Shown: in pieces, positions 19,333 through 29,238 of the stretch
How positions within the stretch are numbered: position 1 is the first letter of the stretch
How the letters are laid out: each line of letters opens with the position of its first letter
DNA from: Ostreococcus lucimarinus
Taxonomy: Eukaryota
Length of the DNA: 64,000 bases
Assembly: GCA_000092065.1 (NCBI GenBank)
Contig: CP000582.1
Strand: one strand, 5' to 3'
Program-made: the position numbers and the translations under genes
The notes under the pieces: model-generated
Told to the model about the DNA's origin: nothing
Databases searched by the model: none
The model's input: the letters and a program-made list of their open reading frames with translations, nothing else

Positions 19333-20025
19333 TCACTCCTCCTCCTCGTCCATCTCTCTCGCCGCCGCCTCCGCCTTGGCCTGATCGTCGAACCGCGCCA
19401 GATCCAACTCATCGTACATATATTTTGGCACCATCCCCATCTCCACGTAATAATGCTTCCCATCCGCCTCCCACGACACCAAAGGTCTCGAGCTTTCGCT
19501 CTCCTTCATCGCGCTCGCCGCGAACGTCGTCTCGTATTCGCTCGCGTTCCACTTCAATTTCCTCGCCGTCACCGTCCCTTTGCTCGCGTCCAATCGCATG
19601 CTCCTCACGTACGGCGATATGAACCACTGCAACAGCGCCGTCGTGAACCCTCCGAACCCGATCACCGTCGCGTTCACCGCCGCCTTGGCCTCGAACGCCA
19701 GCTCCGGCTGCGACAGCTCCACGAACGTCGGGCACCCCACCACCGTCACCGCCAGCGACGCCAGCGACAGCACCTTCACCTTGCGCACCGTGTCCCCCAG
19801 CGCGGCGACGTACGCCTCGCGCGTCGTCGCGTCCGTCGCTCGCTTCCGCGCGTCTTTCTCGTCGTCGTCGTCGTCGTCGCGCCTCCCGCCTCGATTCGTC
19901 CCGCGTCGCCGCGCGTCGCGCGCTCGATTCGCGCCCTCGACCGCCGTCGACGCGCGCGCGCTCGACGACGTCGCCCGCGCCGCCGTCGACGCGAGCCTCC
20001 GCGCGCGCGTCGCGCTCGACGACAT
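19333..20025 (-). CDS. Hypothetical two-TM membrane protein (possibly TMEM70-like, mitochondrial)
   Basis: Arg-rich presequence and an acidic stretch, then two hydrophobic helices (LSLASLAVTVVGCPTFVEL; VNATVIGFGGFTTALLQWFISPYV) and a conserved-looking tail (KHYYVEMGMVPKYMYDELD). The family call is tentative. Confidence 0.35.
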   Translation of the reverse strand: MSSSATRARRLASTAARATSSSARASTAVEGANRARDARRRGTNRGGRRDDDDDDEKDARKRATDATTREAYVAALGDTVRKVKVLSLASLAVTVVGCPTFVELSQPELAFEAKAAVNATVIGFGGFTTALLQWFISPYVRSMRLDASKGTVTARKLKWNASEYETTFAASAMKESESSRPLVSWEADGKHYYVEMGMVPKYMYDELDLARFDDQAKAEAAAREMDEEEE

Positions 20026-20077
20026 CGCGCGCGCGCGTCTGCGGCGCCGACCGGGACGCGCGTCGCGTCACATCGCG

Positions 20078-20524
20078 ATGGCGACGCCCGCGAGCGACGC
20101 CGCGGCGCGGTTCCTGCGCGACGCCGCGAGCGCCGGGACGTACGACGCCGCGCCGCTGCGCCGGTGCTCGAACGCGGCGAGCGCGACGCGCGGGAGGTTC
20201 GCGTGCGACCTGACGGTGACGCGCGAGCTCACGAATCGCTTCGGCACGCTGCACGGCGGCGCGATCGCGACGATCGTGGACGTGCTCACGACGGCGGCGC
20301 TGCTGACGATGACGACTCGCGGTGGGGTGAGCGTGGAGCTGTCGTGCGCGTACTGCGCGCCGGCGACGCTGGAGGAGACGGTGCGCGTGGAGTGCGAGGT
20401 GGTGAAGATGGGCAAGACGCTGGCGTGGATGGAGTGCAGGATGACGCGGGCGAGCGATGGAGAAGTGGTGGCGACGGGGAAACACACGAAGTTTTTACCC
20501 GTGGGAACGACGTCGAAGCTCTGA
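20078..20524 (+). CDS. Hotdog-fold thioesterase (PaaI/THEM2-like)
   Basis: NRFGTLHGGAIATIVDVLTTAAL and the spacing of the following strands fit the PaaI/4HBT thioesterase family. ORF 19580..20524 is trimmed to Met at 20078. Confidence 0.5.
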   Translation: MATPASDAAARFLRDAASAGTYDAAPLRRCSNAASATRGRFACDLTVTRELTNRFGTLHGGAIATIVDVLTTAALLTMTTRGGVSVELSCAYCAPATLEETVRVECEVVKMGKTLAWMECRMTRASDGEVVATGKHTKFLPVGTTSKL

Positions 20525-20604
20525 GGACGGACGTCGGGCGCGCGGCGCGTAGTCTCGTAGTTGCAATTTATTCACGGCGCGGGTACTGTAGATATTTCTA
20601 TCCG

Positions 20605-21639
20605 CTATCGAAAGCGCGCGAACGCGGACGAGGCGGGGCCGAGCGTCGCCTCCGGACCGAGTTCGGTGTCGAGGGTGTCTCTGATCTTGGCTAGGAGGTC
20701 GTGATGCTCGCCGAGAGCGCGCTTGACGACGTCGACGTCCGCCTTGACGGCGGCGTCGCGTCTGGCGCGCAACGCGGATTTTTCCTCGAGCGCGGTGAGA
20801 CGCGTTTGCTGCGCCTTCAACGCCAGCTCGGTGGCTTTCACGGATGTCGCTAACTCTCCCTTGCGCCGAGCAGCGCCGTTTTCTTTGTCGCCACCTTCGT
20901 GAGAAGTCTCGCGCTCGAGCGCGGCGAGTCGACGGTTTTGGTGCGCCGCCGTCTCCTTCGACCACTTGGCCAACTCTCGCACGTCCGACGCGAGTCCGCC
21001 GATCTCTTCCGCCTTGCTCGCCGCCGTCTCTGCGTGCAGCGAGCACGCGCGCACGGTCTCGATCTCATCCCGCAACAGCGCATCGGCCGCGCGCGCGCGG
21101 CGTTCAAACTCCTCCACCGCGCGCGCGCGCGCGACGTCTCGCGCCTCCAACTCCCTCGTCCTCTCCTTCGCCTCCTGAATCACCCGTTCCACCGCCACGA
21201 ACTCATCCCGCACATCCTTCACGTATCTCAACCCCTCGCTCACTCTCGCATCGATCGCCAACGCCTCCGCTCTCGCCCGCTCCGCGTCTCGTTCTCTCGC
21301 CTCGGCGCGCGTCGCCGCCGTCGTCGCCGCCCTCGCCGCCACCTCCACCGCCGCCTTAATCTCCCGCCGCTCTCGCGTCCACGCGTCGTGATCGCACGAA
21401 ATCGCCTCCATCGCCTCTCGAAACGTCGCCGCGAGCGCGTCCACGGACTCCGTGACCCGCGCCAGCGCGTCCCGGTCCCGCGCGCGCGCGTCCCGCTCGC
21501 GCCTCGCCTCCGCCTCCATCCTTCGCGCGCGCGCGTCCAGCGCGCGCAGCGCCTCCCCGACCGTCGCTTTCGTCGGTTCGCCTTTCGCCATGATCGTCCG
21601 CGCGTCGCCGCTCCGTCGCGTCGTCGTCGCGCGTTCCAT
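20605..21639 (-). CDS. Coiled-coil protein (Ala/Arg/Glu-rich heptads)
   Basis: About 340 aa of continuous predicted coiled coil (EAEARRERDARARDRDALARV...LKAQQTRLTALEEKSALRARRDAAVKADVDVV). I take the start at Met 21639; Met 21591 is an alternative. The (CGAAT)7 microsatellite lies just upstream in the presumed 5' UTR. Confidence 0.4.
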   Translation of the reverse strand: MERATTTRRSGDARTIMAKGEPTKATVGEALRALDARARRMEAEARRERDARARDRDALARVTESVDALAATFREAMEAISCDHDAWTRERREIKAAVEVAARAATTAATRAEARERDAERARAEALAIDARVSEGLRYVKDVRDEFVAVERVIQEAKERTRELEARDVARARAVEEFERRARAADALLRDEIETVRACSLHAETAASKAEEIGGLASDVRELAKWSKETAAHQNRRLAALERETSHEGGDKENGAARRKGELATSVKATELALKAQQTRLTALEEKSALRARRDAAVKADVDVVKRALGEHHDLLAKIRDTLDTELGPEATLGPASSAFARFR

Positions 21640-21690
21640 GTCGCGCGCGCGCGCCGTCGCGTCGAACTCGCGATACCAACGGTCGCGTTT

Positions 21691-21725
21691 CGAATCGAAT
21701 CGAATCGAATCGAATCGAATCGAAT
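21691..21725. repeat. Microsatellite (CGAAT)7
   Basis: Direct reading: cgaatcgaatcgaatcgaatcgaatcgaatcgaat. Confidence 0.9.
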
Positions 21726-22116
21726 CGATCGCGCGTTCGTGTCGATCGCGCCGTCCGCGACGCGTCGCCGAGTGGCGCGACGCCGCGCGCGTCGCGCCGT
21801 CTTTCGCGCGTCGTCTCAACCCTAGGCCAGGGTCGCCGTCGCCGGCGTCGTCGTCGTCGTCCGCGCCCGAGCGCGCAGGCTGGACAAAACGCGCGCGATG
21901 GTTTTTATCTCATGGGTCTACATTTCACTGAATACGTAGAAAACAAAACGACATTCGCATGTGTATTACATACACATTTTGTTGCACGCGCGTGTAATGA
22001 TCACGGGTCACGACTCAAGAGTATACATGTACGTATGGGTAAACAGTGACGATGCGTCGTCCGTCCCGACGGACCGACGCCCCGCACACCGACGCGCGCC
22101 GACGGTCGACCGCGCG

Positions 22117-24087
22117 ATGGCGCGCGCGCGCGCGGCGCCGACCTCGCGCCTCGCGACGCCCCGCGCGCGTCTCGCGACCGCGCGACCGCGCGCGCGCGTC
22201 GCGAGACGCGCGGCGACGCCGGACGACGACGCGACGCACTGCCGGCGGCTCTTGGTGCGCGAATTGCGCGAGCGATTGATCGCGTCCGGCGCGCACGACG
22301 CCGCGATCGTGCGTCGAACGAACAAGGCGGAGTTGGTGGAGATGTGCGAAGCGCTGGTGAGGCGGGAGCGCGCGCGCGAGCGCGGCGCGGCGAGCGGGGG
22401 GGGGGGGACGCGCGAGGACGAGGGGGAGACGGCGGAGGCGGGCGACGAGGACGGCGAGGCGACGGCGACGGGGGACGCGATTCGAGCGCACGGGGGAGGG
22501 TATCAGCGCACGATGTTTAATGGGAAGGTTGTAGACGCCGTTTCGGGGGGGTCGACGGCGTTGGAGGAGGATATGAAGTCGAATTTTAGCGGCGCGGAGT
22601 TGACGTTTCTCGGCACGTCGAGCGGGGCGCCGAGCTTTACGCGAAACGTCTCGTCGGTGGCGTTGAGGTTAGAGAACGAGGTTTGGTTGTTTGATTGCGG
22701 TGAGGCGACGCAGCATCAGTTGATGCGGTCGAAGCTGAAGTATGCGAAGATCACGAGGATTTTTATCACGCACATGCACGGGGACCACATCTTCGGTTTG
22801 CCCGGGTTGATTTGCGCGATTAGCGGCGCGCGCACGGCGCACTCGAGGTCGTACGGTGGTTCTGTCGTGCCTTTGCACATCATAGGCCCGCCGGGGATAC
22901 GGCAGTTCATTTACTCATCCATCACGTGGTCGAGATCGGTGCTCGGGATGCCGCTGATCGTGACAGAGTTGAGGCAGCCTGCGCGCGCGAGCGGCGGCTC
23001 GCCCGCGGCGCACACGTCGGTCGATCCGCGAGGGAAGATTTTCATGGGCGAATATTGGCCCGATAACGTCTCCGAACCGCTGCCGCACTTTAGAGACGCC
23101 GCACGATGGAACGAACTCGGGATGAGCGAGCAGCTGCCGATTTGGACCGCGTATAACGATGGAAACTTTTGCGTTCGCGCCTCGGTGCTGCGACATCCCG
23201 TGCCGTGCTTCGGTTACGTCATCGACGAGTGTGACGCCAGCGGTCGGCTCGACGCCGAGAAGTGTGTGGAGATGGGACTGCCTCCAGGGCGCGAATATGC
23301 CATGCTTAAAGCAGGGCAGTCGGTGACGACGAAGGATGGACGCGTGATTCGTCCCGAAGACGTCATAGGCACGCCTCGACCGGGGCGTCGACTGGTGCAT
23401 CTCGGCGACACGTGCGACAGCAGCTCGATGGTTTCCCTGGCGCAGGGTGCGGATTCCTTAATTCACGAATCTACGTTTGAAGCAAAGAAAGTGTCAGAGG
23501 CGCTGTACAAAGGACACTCCACGGCGCGCATGGCTGGGAAGTTTGCCGCGCAAGTCAACGCGCGCGCGTTGATTTTAACGCATTTTTCAAATCGCTACGC
23601 CGGCGGCGTCCATCGCGCTGATTCAAACAGCGATGATCTCGGTGCTAGCGGAGACGACGACGACGACGACGAAGATGATTGTGAAGATATGTCGCCACCC
23701 GATGTCGACTCCGACGGCGAAGCACTCGCCGAGGGCGATCGCATGAACGTCGAGCGTCTCGTCGAGGAAGCCAAGGAGGCCAAGGGCGACTCGCGCGTCA
23801 TCGCCGCGAGCGACTTCTTCGTCTTCAACGTCGGTCGGCGCGAAGAGTTCGACGATTTCGATTTCTCCAAGGGTGATCGATCGGTGTTATTCGCCAGCCC
23901 CCGCAAGACGACCCCAGAGACGTTCGTCGTCGATCAGGACGACGGCCGCGCGTCGTCGTCATCGGGTGGCGACGATCGAGACCGTCGACCGCGGCGAGGC
24001 GGCGGCTCCGCCGACCGTGGCGGTCGCGGCCGCGGCGCCCGGGCCCCGGTCAGTGGACGCTATCAGCGGTCGCCATCTTCGCAATAG
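22117..24087 (+). CDS. tRNase Z (RNase Z, metallo-beta-lactamase) with N-terminal SAP-like motif and C-terminal acidic + RGG tail
   Basis: RNase Z core: LTFLGTSSGAPSFTRNVSSVALRL, FDCGEATQHQL, ITHMHGDHIFGLPGL (HxHxDH), HLGDT...LIHESTF, ILTHFSNRY. Upstream sits a SAP-like helix-extended-helix (CRRLLVRELRERLIASGAHDAAIVRRTNKAELVEMCEAL). The tail has DDDDDDEDD and RGGGSADRGGRGRG. Start at Met 22117. Confidence 0.65.
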   Translation: MARARAAPTSRLATPRARLATARPRARVARRAATPDDDATHCRRLLVRELRERLIASGAHDAAIVRRTNKAELVEMCEALVRRERARERGAASGGGGTREDEGETAEAGDEDGEATATGDAIRAHGGGYQRTMFNGKVVDAVSGGSTALEEDMKSNFSGAELTFLGTSSGAPSFTRNVSSVALRLENEVWLFDCGEATQHQLMRSKLKYAKITRIFITHMHGDHIFGLPGLICAISGARTAHSRSYGGSVVPLHIIGPPGIRQFIYSSITWSRSVLGMPLIVTELRQPARASGGSPAAHTSVDPRGKIFMGEYWPDNVSEPLPHFRDAARWNELGMSEQLPIWTAYNDGNFCVRASVLRHPVPCFGYVIDECDASGRLDAEKCVEMGLPPGREYAMLKAGQSVTTKDGRVIRPEDVIGTPRPGRRLVHLGDTCDSSSMVSLAQGADSLIHESTFEAKKVSEALYKGHSTARMAGKFAAQVNARALILTHFSNRYAGGVHRADSNSDDLGASGDDDDDDEDDCEDMSPPDVDSDGEALAEGDRMNVERLVEEAKEAKGDSRVIAASDFFVFNVGRREEFDDFDFSKGDRSVLFASPRKTTPETFVVDQDDGRASSSSGGDDRDRRPRRGGGSADRGGRGRGARAPVSGRYQRSPSSQ

Positions 24088-24213
24088 CTTTCACGCGCGA
24101 GCTCATGTAAACATACACACCGTCGAGTCGACGCGCCGTCCCGAAGCCCCTATCCACGACGTCCCCTTTCCACGCGGTCATCACTGTGCGCCGCGGACCC
24201 GAATTCGCGCGCC

Positions 24214-25263
24214 ATGTTCGCCGCCCGCGCGCCCGCGAAGCTCGCCGCGTCGCCCGCGCGCGCGTCCCGCGCCTCTCGCGCCGTCGTCACGTGCGGCGCG
24301 TCTCGTAAAGCGCGCCGAGCGCAAACCGGCGGCGGCGGCGCCGACGCGGCGACGAAACCCAAACCCGCGCTGAGCGCGGCGAACAAAGCCGCGCGCGATA
24401 AAGCTCGCAAAGCCGCGGCGACTAAAGCGCGCGGATTGGTCAGCGAACAAGGGAAGGCGTACGAAAAAATCGTGAACGAGATGGGGCGAGAGGCGTCGCG
24501 CGAGTACGTGCTGAGCGTGCGACACGCGCCGAAGAGTGGAAACGCAGAAGACGTCGTCGGGGTCATGAGCGATTGGTTACCAGTGTGTGAAGTCGTCGTC
24601 GCGGATCGGAAGGCGTACGAGGCGCAGATGTTCTTTAAAAAGCAAGGAATGAGCGTGCCGGAGACGGAGACGCAGACGCTGGAGAACGCGCAAATCGAAG
24701 GCGTGCCGGCGGTGCGGATGATGTTGCCGAAATACGAGCAACACGTGGCGGCGATGGCCTTCGTGATGAGTGGAGTCAAGGATTTGAACATGGATGAGGT
24801 CGAGTACGGATTGGAGGATTGGGGATCGTTCGAGGTCGCCGTGGACGCGCTGGCGGCGCAGACGAACCAGCGAGGGAAATTTGAAGCCGCGGCGAAGCTT
24901 CTCGGCGTTTCTGTGGACGATGAGCCGAGCGATATTAAGCGCGTGTATCGTAAACTCATCGCTGAGGCGCACCCCGATCGTAATCCGGACACGACGCAAG
25001 AGAAGTTTAACGCCATCAAGGATGCGTACGAGCTCTTGTGCGGTCGCGGCGATACCGCGGGGACAACGTTCGAAGGACTCGGTGACCACCGTCGCGACTT
25101 CGTACCGCTCGACAAAGGTCACTTTGGGGTGACGAGCGCGGACAAAGGTCAAACCGATCCCGCCTCGGTGGCGTTCGCCATGCGCACGCTTACCATTTAC
25201 GACCGCGTCGGCACGGTGTTCTCGACGAGAAATCTCAAGCTCGCGCAAAAGCAAAAGGCGTGA
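24214..25263 (+). CDS. J-domain (DnaJ-like) protein with transit-peptide-like N-terminus
   Basis: C-terminal J domain (IKRVYRKLIAEAHPDRNPDTTQEKFNAIKDAYELL) with an HPD tripeptide. The N-terminus (MFAARAPAKLAASPARASRASRAVVTCGASR) resembles a plastid presequence. Confidence 0.6.
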   Translation: MFAARAPAKLAASPARASRASRAVVTCGASRKARRAQTGGGGADAATKPKPALSAANKAARDKARKAAATKARGLVSEQGKAYEKIVNEMGREASREYVLSVRHAPKSGNAEDVVGVMSDWLPVCEVVVADRKAYEAQMFFKKQGMSVPETETQTLENAQIEGVPAVRMMLPKYEQHVAAMAFVMSGVKDLNMDEVEYGLEDWGSFEVAVDALAAQTNQRGKFEAAAKLLGVSVDDEPSDIKRVYRKLIAEAHPDRNPDTTQEKFNAIKDAYELLCGRGDTAGTTFEGLGDHRRDFVPLDKGHFGVTSADKGQTDPASVAFAMRTLTIYDRVGTVFSTRNLKLAQKQKA

Positions 25264-25500
25264 GCGCCGAGCGCGCGTTGTACCATCATCAACTAATTAT
25301 TTGTCGAGTAATAAGTATGATTCTTTCTAAGCTCTCAGCTTAACGAATGCGTTCACTCAATTTGTTACAAATCGATCATCACTCGTCTATCTTTTCTTCT
25401 TGCTATACCTCTTTCTAGCCTTCGAATCGCGAGGACAAAACTGTCTCGCGAACCGACCACACACCTCCCCGCACAACATTCAAACAAGTGACAAAAGCAT

Positions 25501-26243
25501 TTAGGGCTTCTTGTCCTTCTTGTCCGTGTTCGCGCGGAAGCGACGCGGCGGTTCGCGGATGCGGCGCGCTTCGCGGGAGCGAACGCGCACGACCTTGGAG
25601 TGAATCGCAGCCGAAATCGAATAGTAAGCCTTTCTGTAAAGCTTCGGGAGCGTGTACGCCTCGAAGGCGCACGACTCTTGCAAATCCCGAATCGCCGCGC
25701 TCTCCACGATGTTGCGAACCATGAATCGCTTCACCGCCTTGTCCTTCGGCACGAGCGCGCCCGAGGATTCGCAAAACACACGCTTCACCTGCGAGGTCAA
25801 ACGAAATCATTCCCGTCAGTCTTCAGCACATAGATCCATCGCGTCACGCGCGCCGTTCACGCGCCACGCATCCGTCCGCGGCTTCGCGCCTCGCCGCGCG
25901 TCCCGAGCCAACCCTAGTGCCTCGCCGCGCCCCACCCATCGCGCTTCCCCACGCGCGCGCGCGCGCCCGAGCCACCATCCACGCCCCCCCCGCGACGCAT
26001 CGATATCCATCGATCGCATCGCCGCCTTCATCGTCGATGAATCACGCGCGCGCGCATCGCAAACCGCGTCGGTCCGCGCGCGCGCGATCGCGCCTAGGGC
26101 TTTCCCGTCATCCACCGTTTCTCCGTCGCGCGCGCGCGCGCGACGTCGCGATTCGCTCGCGCGCGCGATCGAGCGATGGTACGCACGTGACCTCGAGCCC
26201 CGGCGGGCTTGTTACGACCGTTCGCGCGACGTTTCTTGGGCAT
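25501..26243 (-). CDS. RPS26: 40S ribosomal protein S26 (eS26), two exons separated by a 398-bp intron
   Basis: Model is join(complement): exon 1 26243..26187 ([19 protein letters not shown]) and exon 2 25788..25501 ([85 protein letters not shown]...). The spliced 115-aa product aligns along its full length with eukaryotic eS26, which I recall as [39 protein letters not shown].... Donor GTGCGT, acceptor CTCGCAG, phase 0. Confidence 0.75.
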
Positions 26244-26510
26244 CTTGACGTTCCGATGCGTCGCGAAGAGAGGCCGCGCGCGTGGCGCGTCGTTCGTCTC
26301 GTGGGCGCTCGCGCCGTATTGCACCACGCAAATCGCCATCTGACACGTCTAGAATTTCACCACACAGCGTATCGACTTGATATAATACGAGAATTTGAAA
26401 TACACCCAGTATAAATAGTACCTCACTGCTGTCTGTCCGAATACCGAACGGTCGGTCGCCGCGGTCGCGACGCGCGACGCGCGACGCGCGGCGCGCACAC
26501 GCGCGCGCGC

Positions 26511-27131
26511 ATGTCGCGCGCCGACGGCGACGCGCTCGAGACGCGTCGCCTGTTCGGCGGCGCCGTCGTCCTCGACGTCCCGAGGCGGTTTCGCGATCTC
26601 TCGAGCGTCGTCCCGGTGCCCGACCACCAAGAGGTGTTCGCCGACGGCGCGCGCGACGAGACGCTCGTCGTCGAGCTCGTCGACGCGATCGCGCGCGAGG
26701 GCGAAGATTTGCGCGCGTTCGCGTTCGCGGACGCGTGCGAGGAGATGGAAGCGTCGAGCGCGACGTACGTGCGCGGACGCGAGCGCGCGCGAGGCGAGGA
26801 CGACGCGCGCGGGCGCGGGACGAGCGAGACGCACGTCGCGTACGGCGTCGCGCGCGTGCGACGGTCGCGAGAGACGAGCGCGAACGATATTGATTTGTGG
26901 GGCGGAATCGTGCGCGTGGCGTCGAAACGAACGGACGCGTTGATTTGGCACGCGCGACCGTTCGCGTTTGACGGCGACGCGACGACGCCGGGAGGGGAGC
27001 GCGCGAGACCGAGCGACGCCGACGCCGTGCGCGCGGGCGCCGTGGAGTGCTCGGACGTGTTAGACGCGGCGTTGAATTCGTTCGAGATCGTCGATTGGGG
27101 GTTATTCGGCGACGAGGCCGGCGAAGGGTAG
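26511..27131 (+). CDS. MOG1: MOG1/RANGRF Ran guanine-nucleotide release factor (Mog1p/PsbP-like fold)
   Basis: LFGGAVVLDVPRRFRDLSSVVPVPDHQEVFADGARDETLVVELVD parallels the Mog1 N-terminal signature I remember (LFGGA..., DLSDIRQVPDNQEVF..., SLIVELLE). The length, 206 aa, fits. Confidence 0.6.
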   Translation: MSRADGDALETRRLFGGAVVLDVPRRFRDLSSVVPVPDHQEVFADGARDETLVVELVDAIAREGEDLRAFAFADACEEMEASSATYVRGRERARGEDDARGRGTSETHVAYGVARVRRSRETSANDIDLWGGIVRVASKRTDALIWHARPFAFDGDATTPGGERARPSDADAVRAGAVECSDVLDAALNSFEIVDWGLFGDEAGEG

Positions 27132-27271
27132 CTCGTATTGTATTCGGTAAAGTCGCTCGAGACGCGCGCGACGCCTGACTCGCCACATCTCGACGCGCAT
27201 CTTCGTTCTCGCGAGCGCGCGAGCGCGCGCGGCGCCGCACGATCGACGAACGACGCACCGCACGCGTCGAG

Positions 27272-29185
27272 ATGTCCTTATCACTCGATCCCGCGCGTGA
27301 ACGCGACGTTTTCGTTGAATGGGTGCGAAAGATGCACCTCCGCGCGCCAATCTTGCCGCCCGCGTACGTCCCGTACGACGACGCGAAGGCGGTGAGATCG
27401 CCGCGGGCGATCGCGCGTGATGCGCTGCTCGCGTTCGGTGCGGCAGTGAAGATCGAAAAGCTGCGCGATGGAGACGAGGACGCGGACGGGACGGAAAGCG
27501 AGACGACGAGCGGGACGACGACGGAGACGCTGTATAGAATCAAGGCGACGACGTCGCGAGGGTTAGAGTTGTTCGATAGCGACGTCACGGGCGTACCGAG
27601 ACGAGTCGTTTTGAACGATGAACACTGTGACGTGACGCGTGGGGTGGAAGTGGCGCTGATGAATATGGCGGCGGGGGCGCGGTGGCGCGCTCGATGCGAC
27701 TGGAGCGCGACGTACGGACACGACACGGCGAAGGCGCGAAGGTTGATCCCAGACCCGCGTTTGCGCGAGGGAGATGCGATTATATACGAGCTGGAGGTGG
27801 TGAACCGCATGCCCGTTCACGTGGTGCGCGTTCGAGAGCTTGAAGATGGATCCTCGGTGGCGCTCGCCGGAGGCGGTTGGGCGAGATGCACGAAAAAGAC
27901 GACTACAAGTGGAGGCGGGTGGGAGACGCCGAGACCACCTTTTGAGGTGACGATAGAGACTAGCGCGATGTTGGTGAAAGGTAAAACGAAAACGGGCGAC
28001 GAGCACGGTGAAGATGAGTTTATGGAGAAGAGGGTGGTGAGTTACGTTGTCGGAGACGGGCGGGTGCCGCTGGCGCTCGACGCGGCGGTGCGTACAATGC
28101 GCTTGAACGAAGAGGCGTTAGTGTGGAGCAACTACAGCGGATTCGGCAAAAACGTCACAAAGGCGTCGAAGCTTCGACGACTGATTCCGGCGCTTCCGAG
28201 CGATGGTTCCGAGCCCCTTCACGGCGTGGCGTACAAGGTGAAACTCGCGGCGATGCGACACGTGCGAGACGTCTTTAACGACGGCACGACAAAGAAGACA
28301 CGAACGCGCGAAGGTTTGGGCCAGTTCCCTTCTGACTGTCCCATGAATGATTGCATGGTGCGTGTGCACTTCATCCTGTCCACCGCGACAGCGATTGGCG
28401 CGCACAGCTCCTTGGCAGAGCGCTACGACACGCGCTCTGACGCTTCGTTGAAAGGCGCGCCATTCGAGTTTCGTCTCGGTTGTGGAGCGCTCCCTGAAGC
28501 TGTGGAAACGTCGATTCGCTTGATGATTCCAAAAGAAGAATCACGCGTAGTTCTCGACTTGACACTTGGCGAAGAAGCTCGTCAGCGAGGATACGGCGCG
28601 AAGAATTGTCGTCCAGACGCGCCGGGGAGCAAGTTCGGCGTCGTCGCGAACCTCGCCATGATTCAATGGGACGTCGTTCTCGAATCGTTCGACGCGGCTG
28701 TGAATTGGTATCAAGCAGATGTGAGCGACATGCTCGAAGAGGCGTTGTTGATCAAAGAAGAGGCGAATGCACTATTCAAGACGGAGGTGTACGAACTCGC
28801 GCGAGCCAAGTACGAAAAGACGCTCCACAAACTTGAGAGTCTTCGAGGGTTAGAGTCTAGCGATTTCGATCGCGTGGAAGCGATGAAATGTACTCTTGCG
28901 CTCAATCTCGTGGCAAGCTTACAGAAACTCCACCGACACGTCGACGCTCTGAAGCGAGTGAACAAGATTTTGGACTCGGATCCGGTGAACGCCAAGGCGT
29001 TGTTTCGACGATCTGTCTCCTACCTCGCCCTTCACGAGTTTGTCGCCGCGCGAGACGATTTATTCGCGTGTTTAGATGCGAATCCTAGCTTACAGAGCAC
29101 CGTAGCGAAACAATTGGACTTAGTCAAGCGCACCGAGGCGCAAGAACTCGAGTGCGAGCGCGCCGTCTTTCGAGGCAAATTCTAA
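27272..29185 (+). CDS. FKBP-like domain protein with C-terminal TPR repeats
   Basis: The C-terminal ~150 aa form three TPR-like repeats (EEANALFKTEVYELARAKYEKTLHKL; LALNLVASLQKLHRHVDALKRVNKILDSDPVNAKALFRRSVSYLALHEFVAARDDLFACLDANPS). The upstream beta-rich domains look like degenerate FKBP folds. This architecture resembles large plant FKBPs (FKBP42/62 type). Confidence 0.45.
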   Translation: MSLSLDPARERDVFVEWVRKMHLRAPILPPAYVPYDDAKAVRSPRAIARDALLAFGAAVKIEKLRDGDEDADGTESETTSGTTTETLYRIKATTSRGLELFDSDVTGVPRRVVLNDEHCDVTRGVEVALMNMAAGARWRARCDWSATYGHDTAKARRLIPDPRLREGDAIIYELEVVNRMPVHVVRVRELEDGSSVALAGGGWARCTKKTTTSGGGWETPRPPFEVTIETSAMLVKGKTKTGDEHGEDEFMEKRVVSYVVGDGRVPLALDAAVRTMRLNEEALVWSNYSGFGKNVTKASKLRRLIPALPSDGSEPLHGVAYKVKLAAMRHVRDVFNDGTTKKTRTREGLGQFPSDCPMNDCMVRVHFILSTATAIGAHSSLAERYDTRSDASLKGAPFEFRLGCGALPEAVETSIRLMIPKEESRVVLDLTLGEEARQRGYGAKNCRPDAPGSKFGVVANLAMIQWDVVLESFDAAVNWYQADVSDMLEEALLIKEEANALFKTEVYELARAKYEKTLHKLESLRGLESSDFDRVEAMKCTLALNLVASLQKLHRHVDALKRVNKILDSDPVNAKALFRRSVSYLALHEFVAARDDLFACLDANPSLQSTVAKQLDLVKRTEAQELECERAVFRGKF

Positions 29186-29238
29186 ATTTAAATTCACTCT
29201 TGTGCACGATTGCACGCTAACAGCGCTAAACGAAGCCG

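Noticed and set aside
19409-20694. 358-aa minus and 413-aa plus Arg/His-rich ORFs
   Set aside because: Low-complexity RHRR translations overlapping the better-supported membrane-protein gene (19333..20025) and thioesterase gene (20078..20524).
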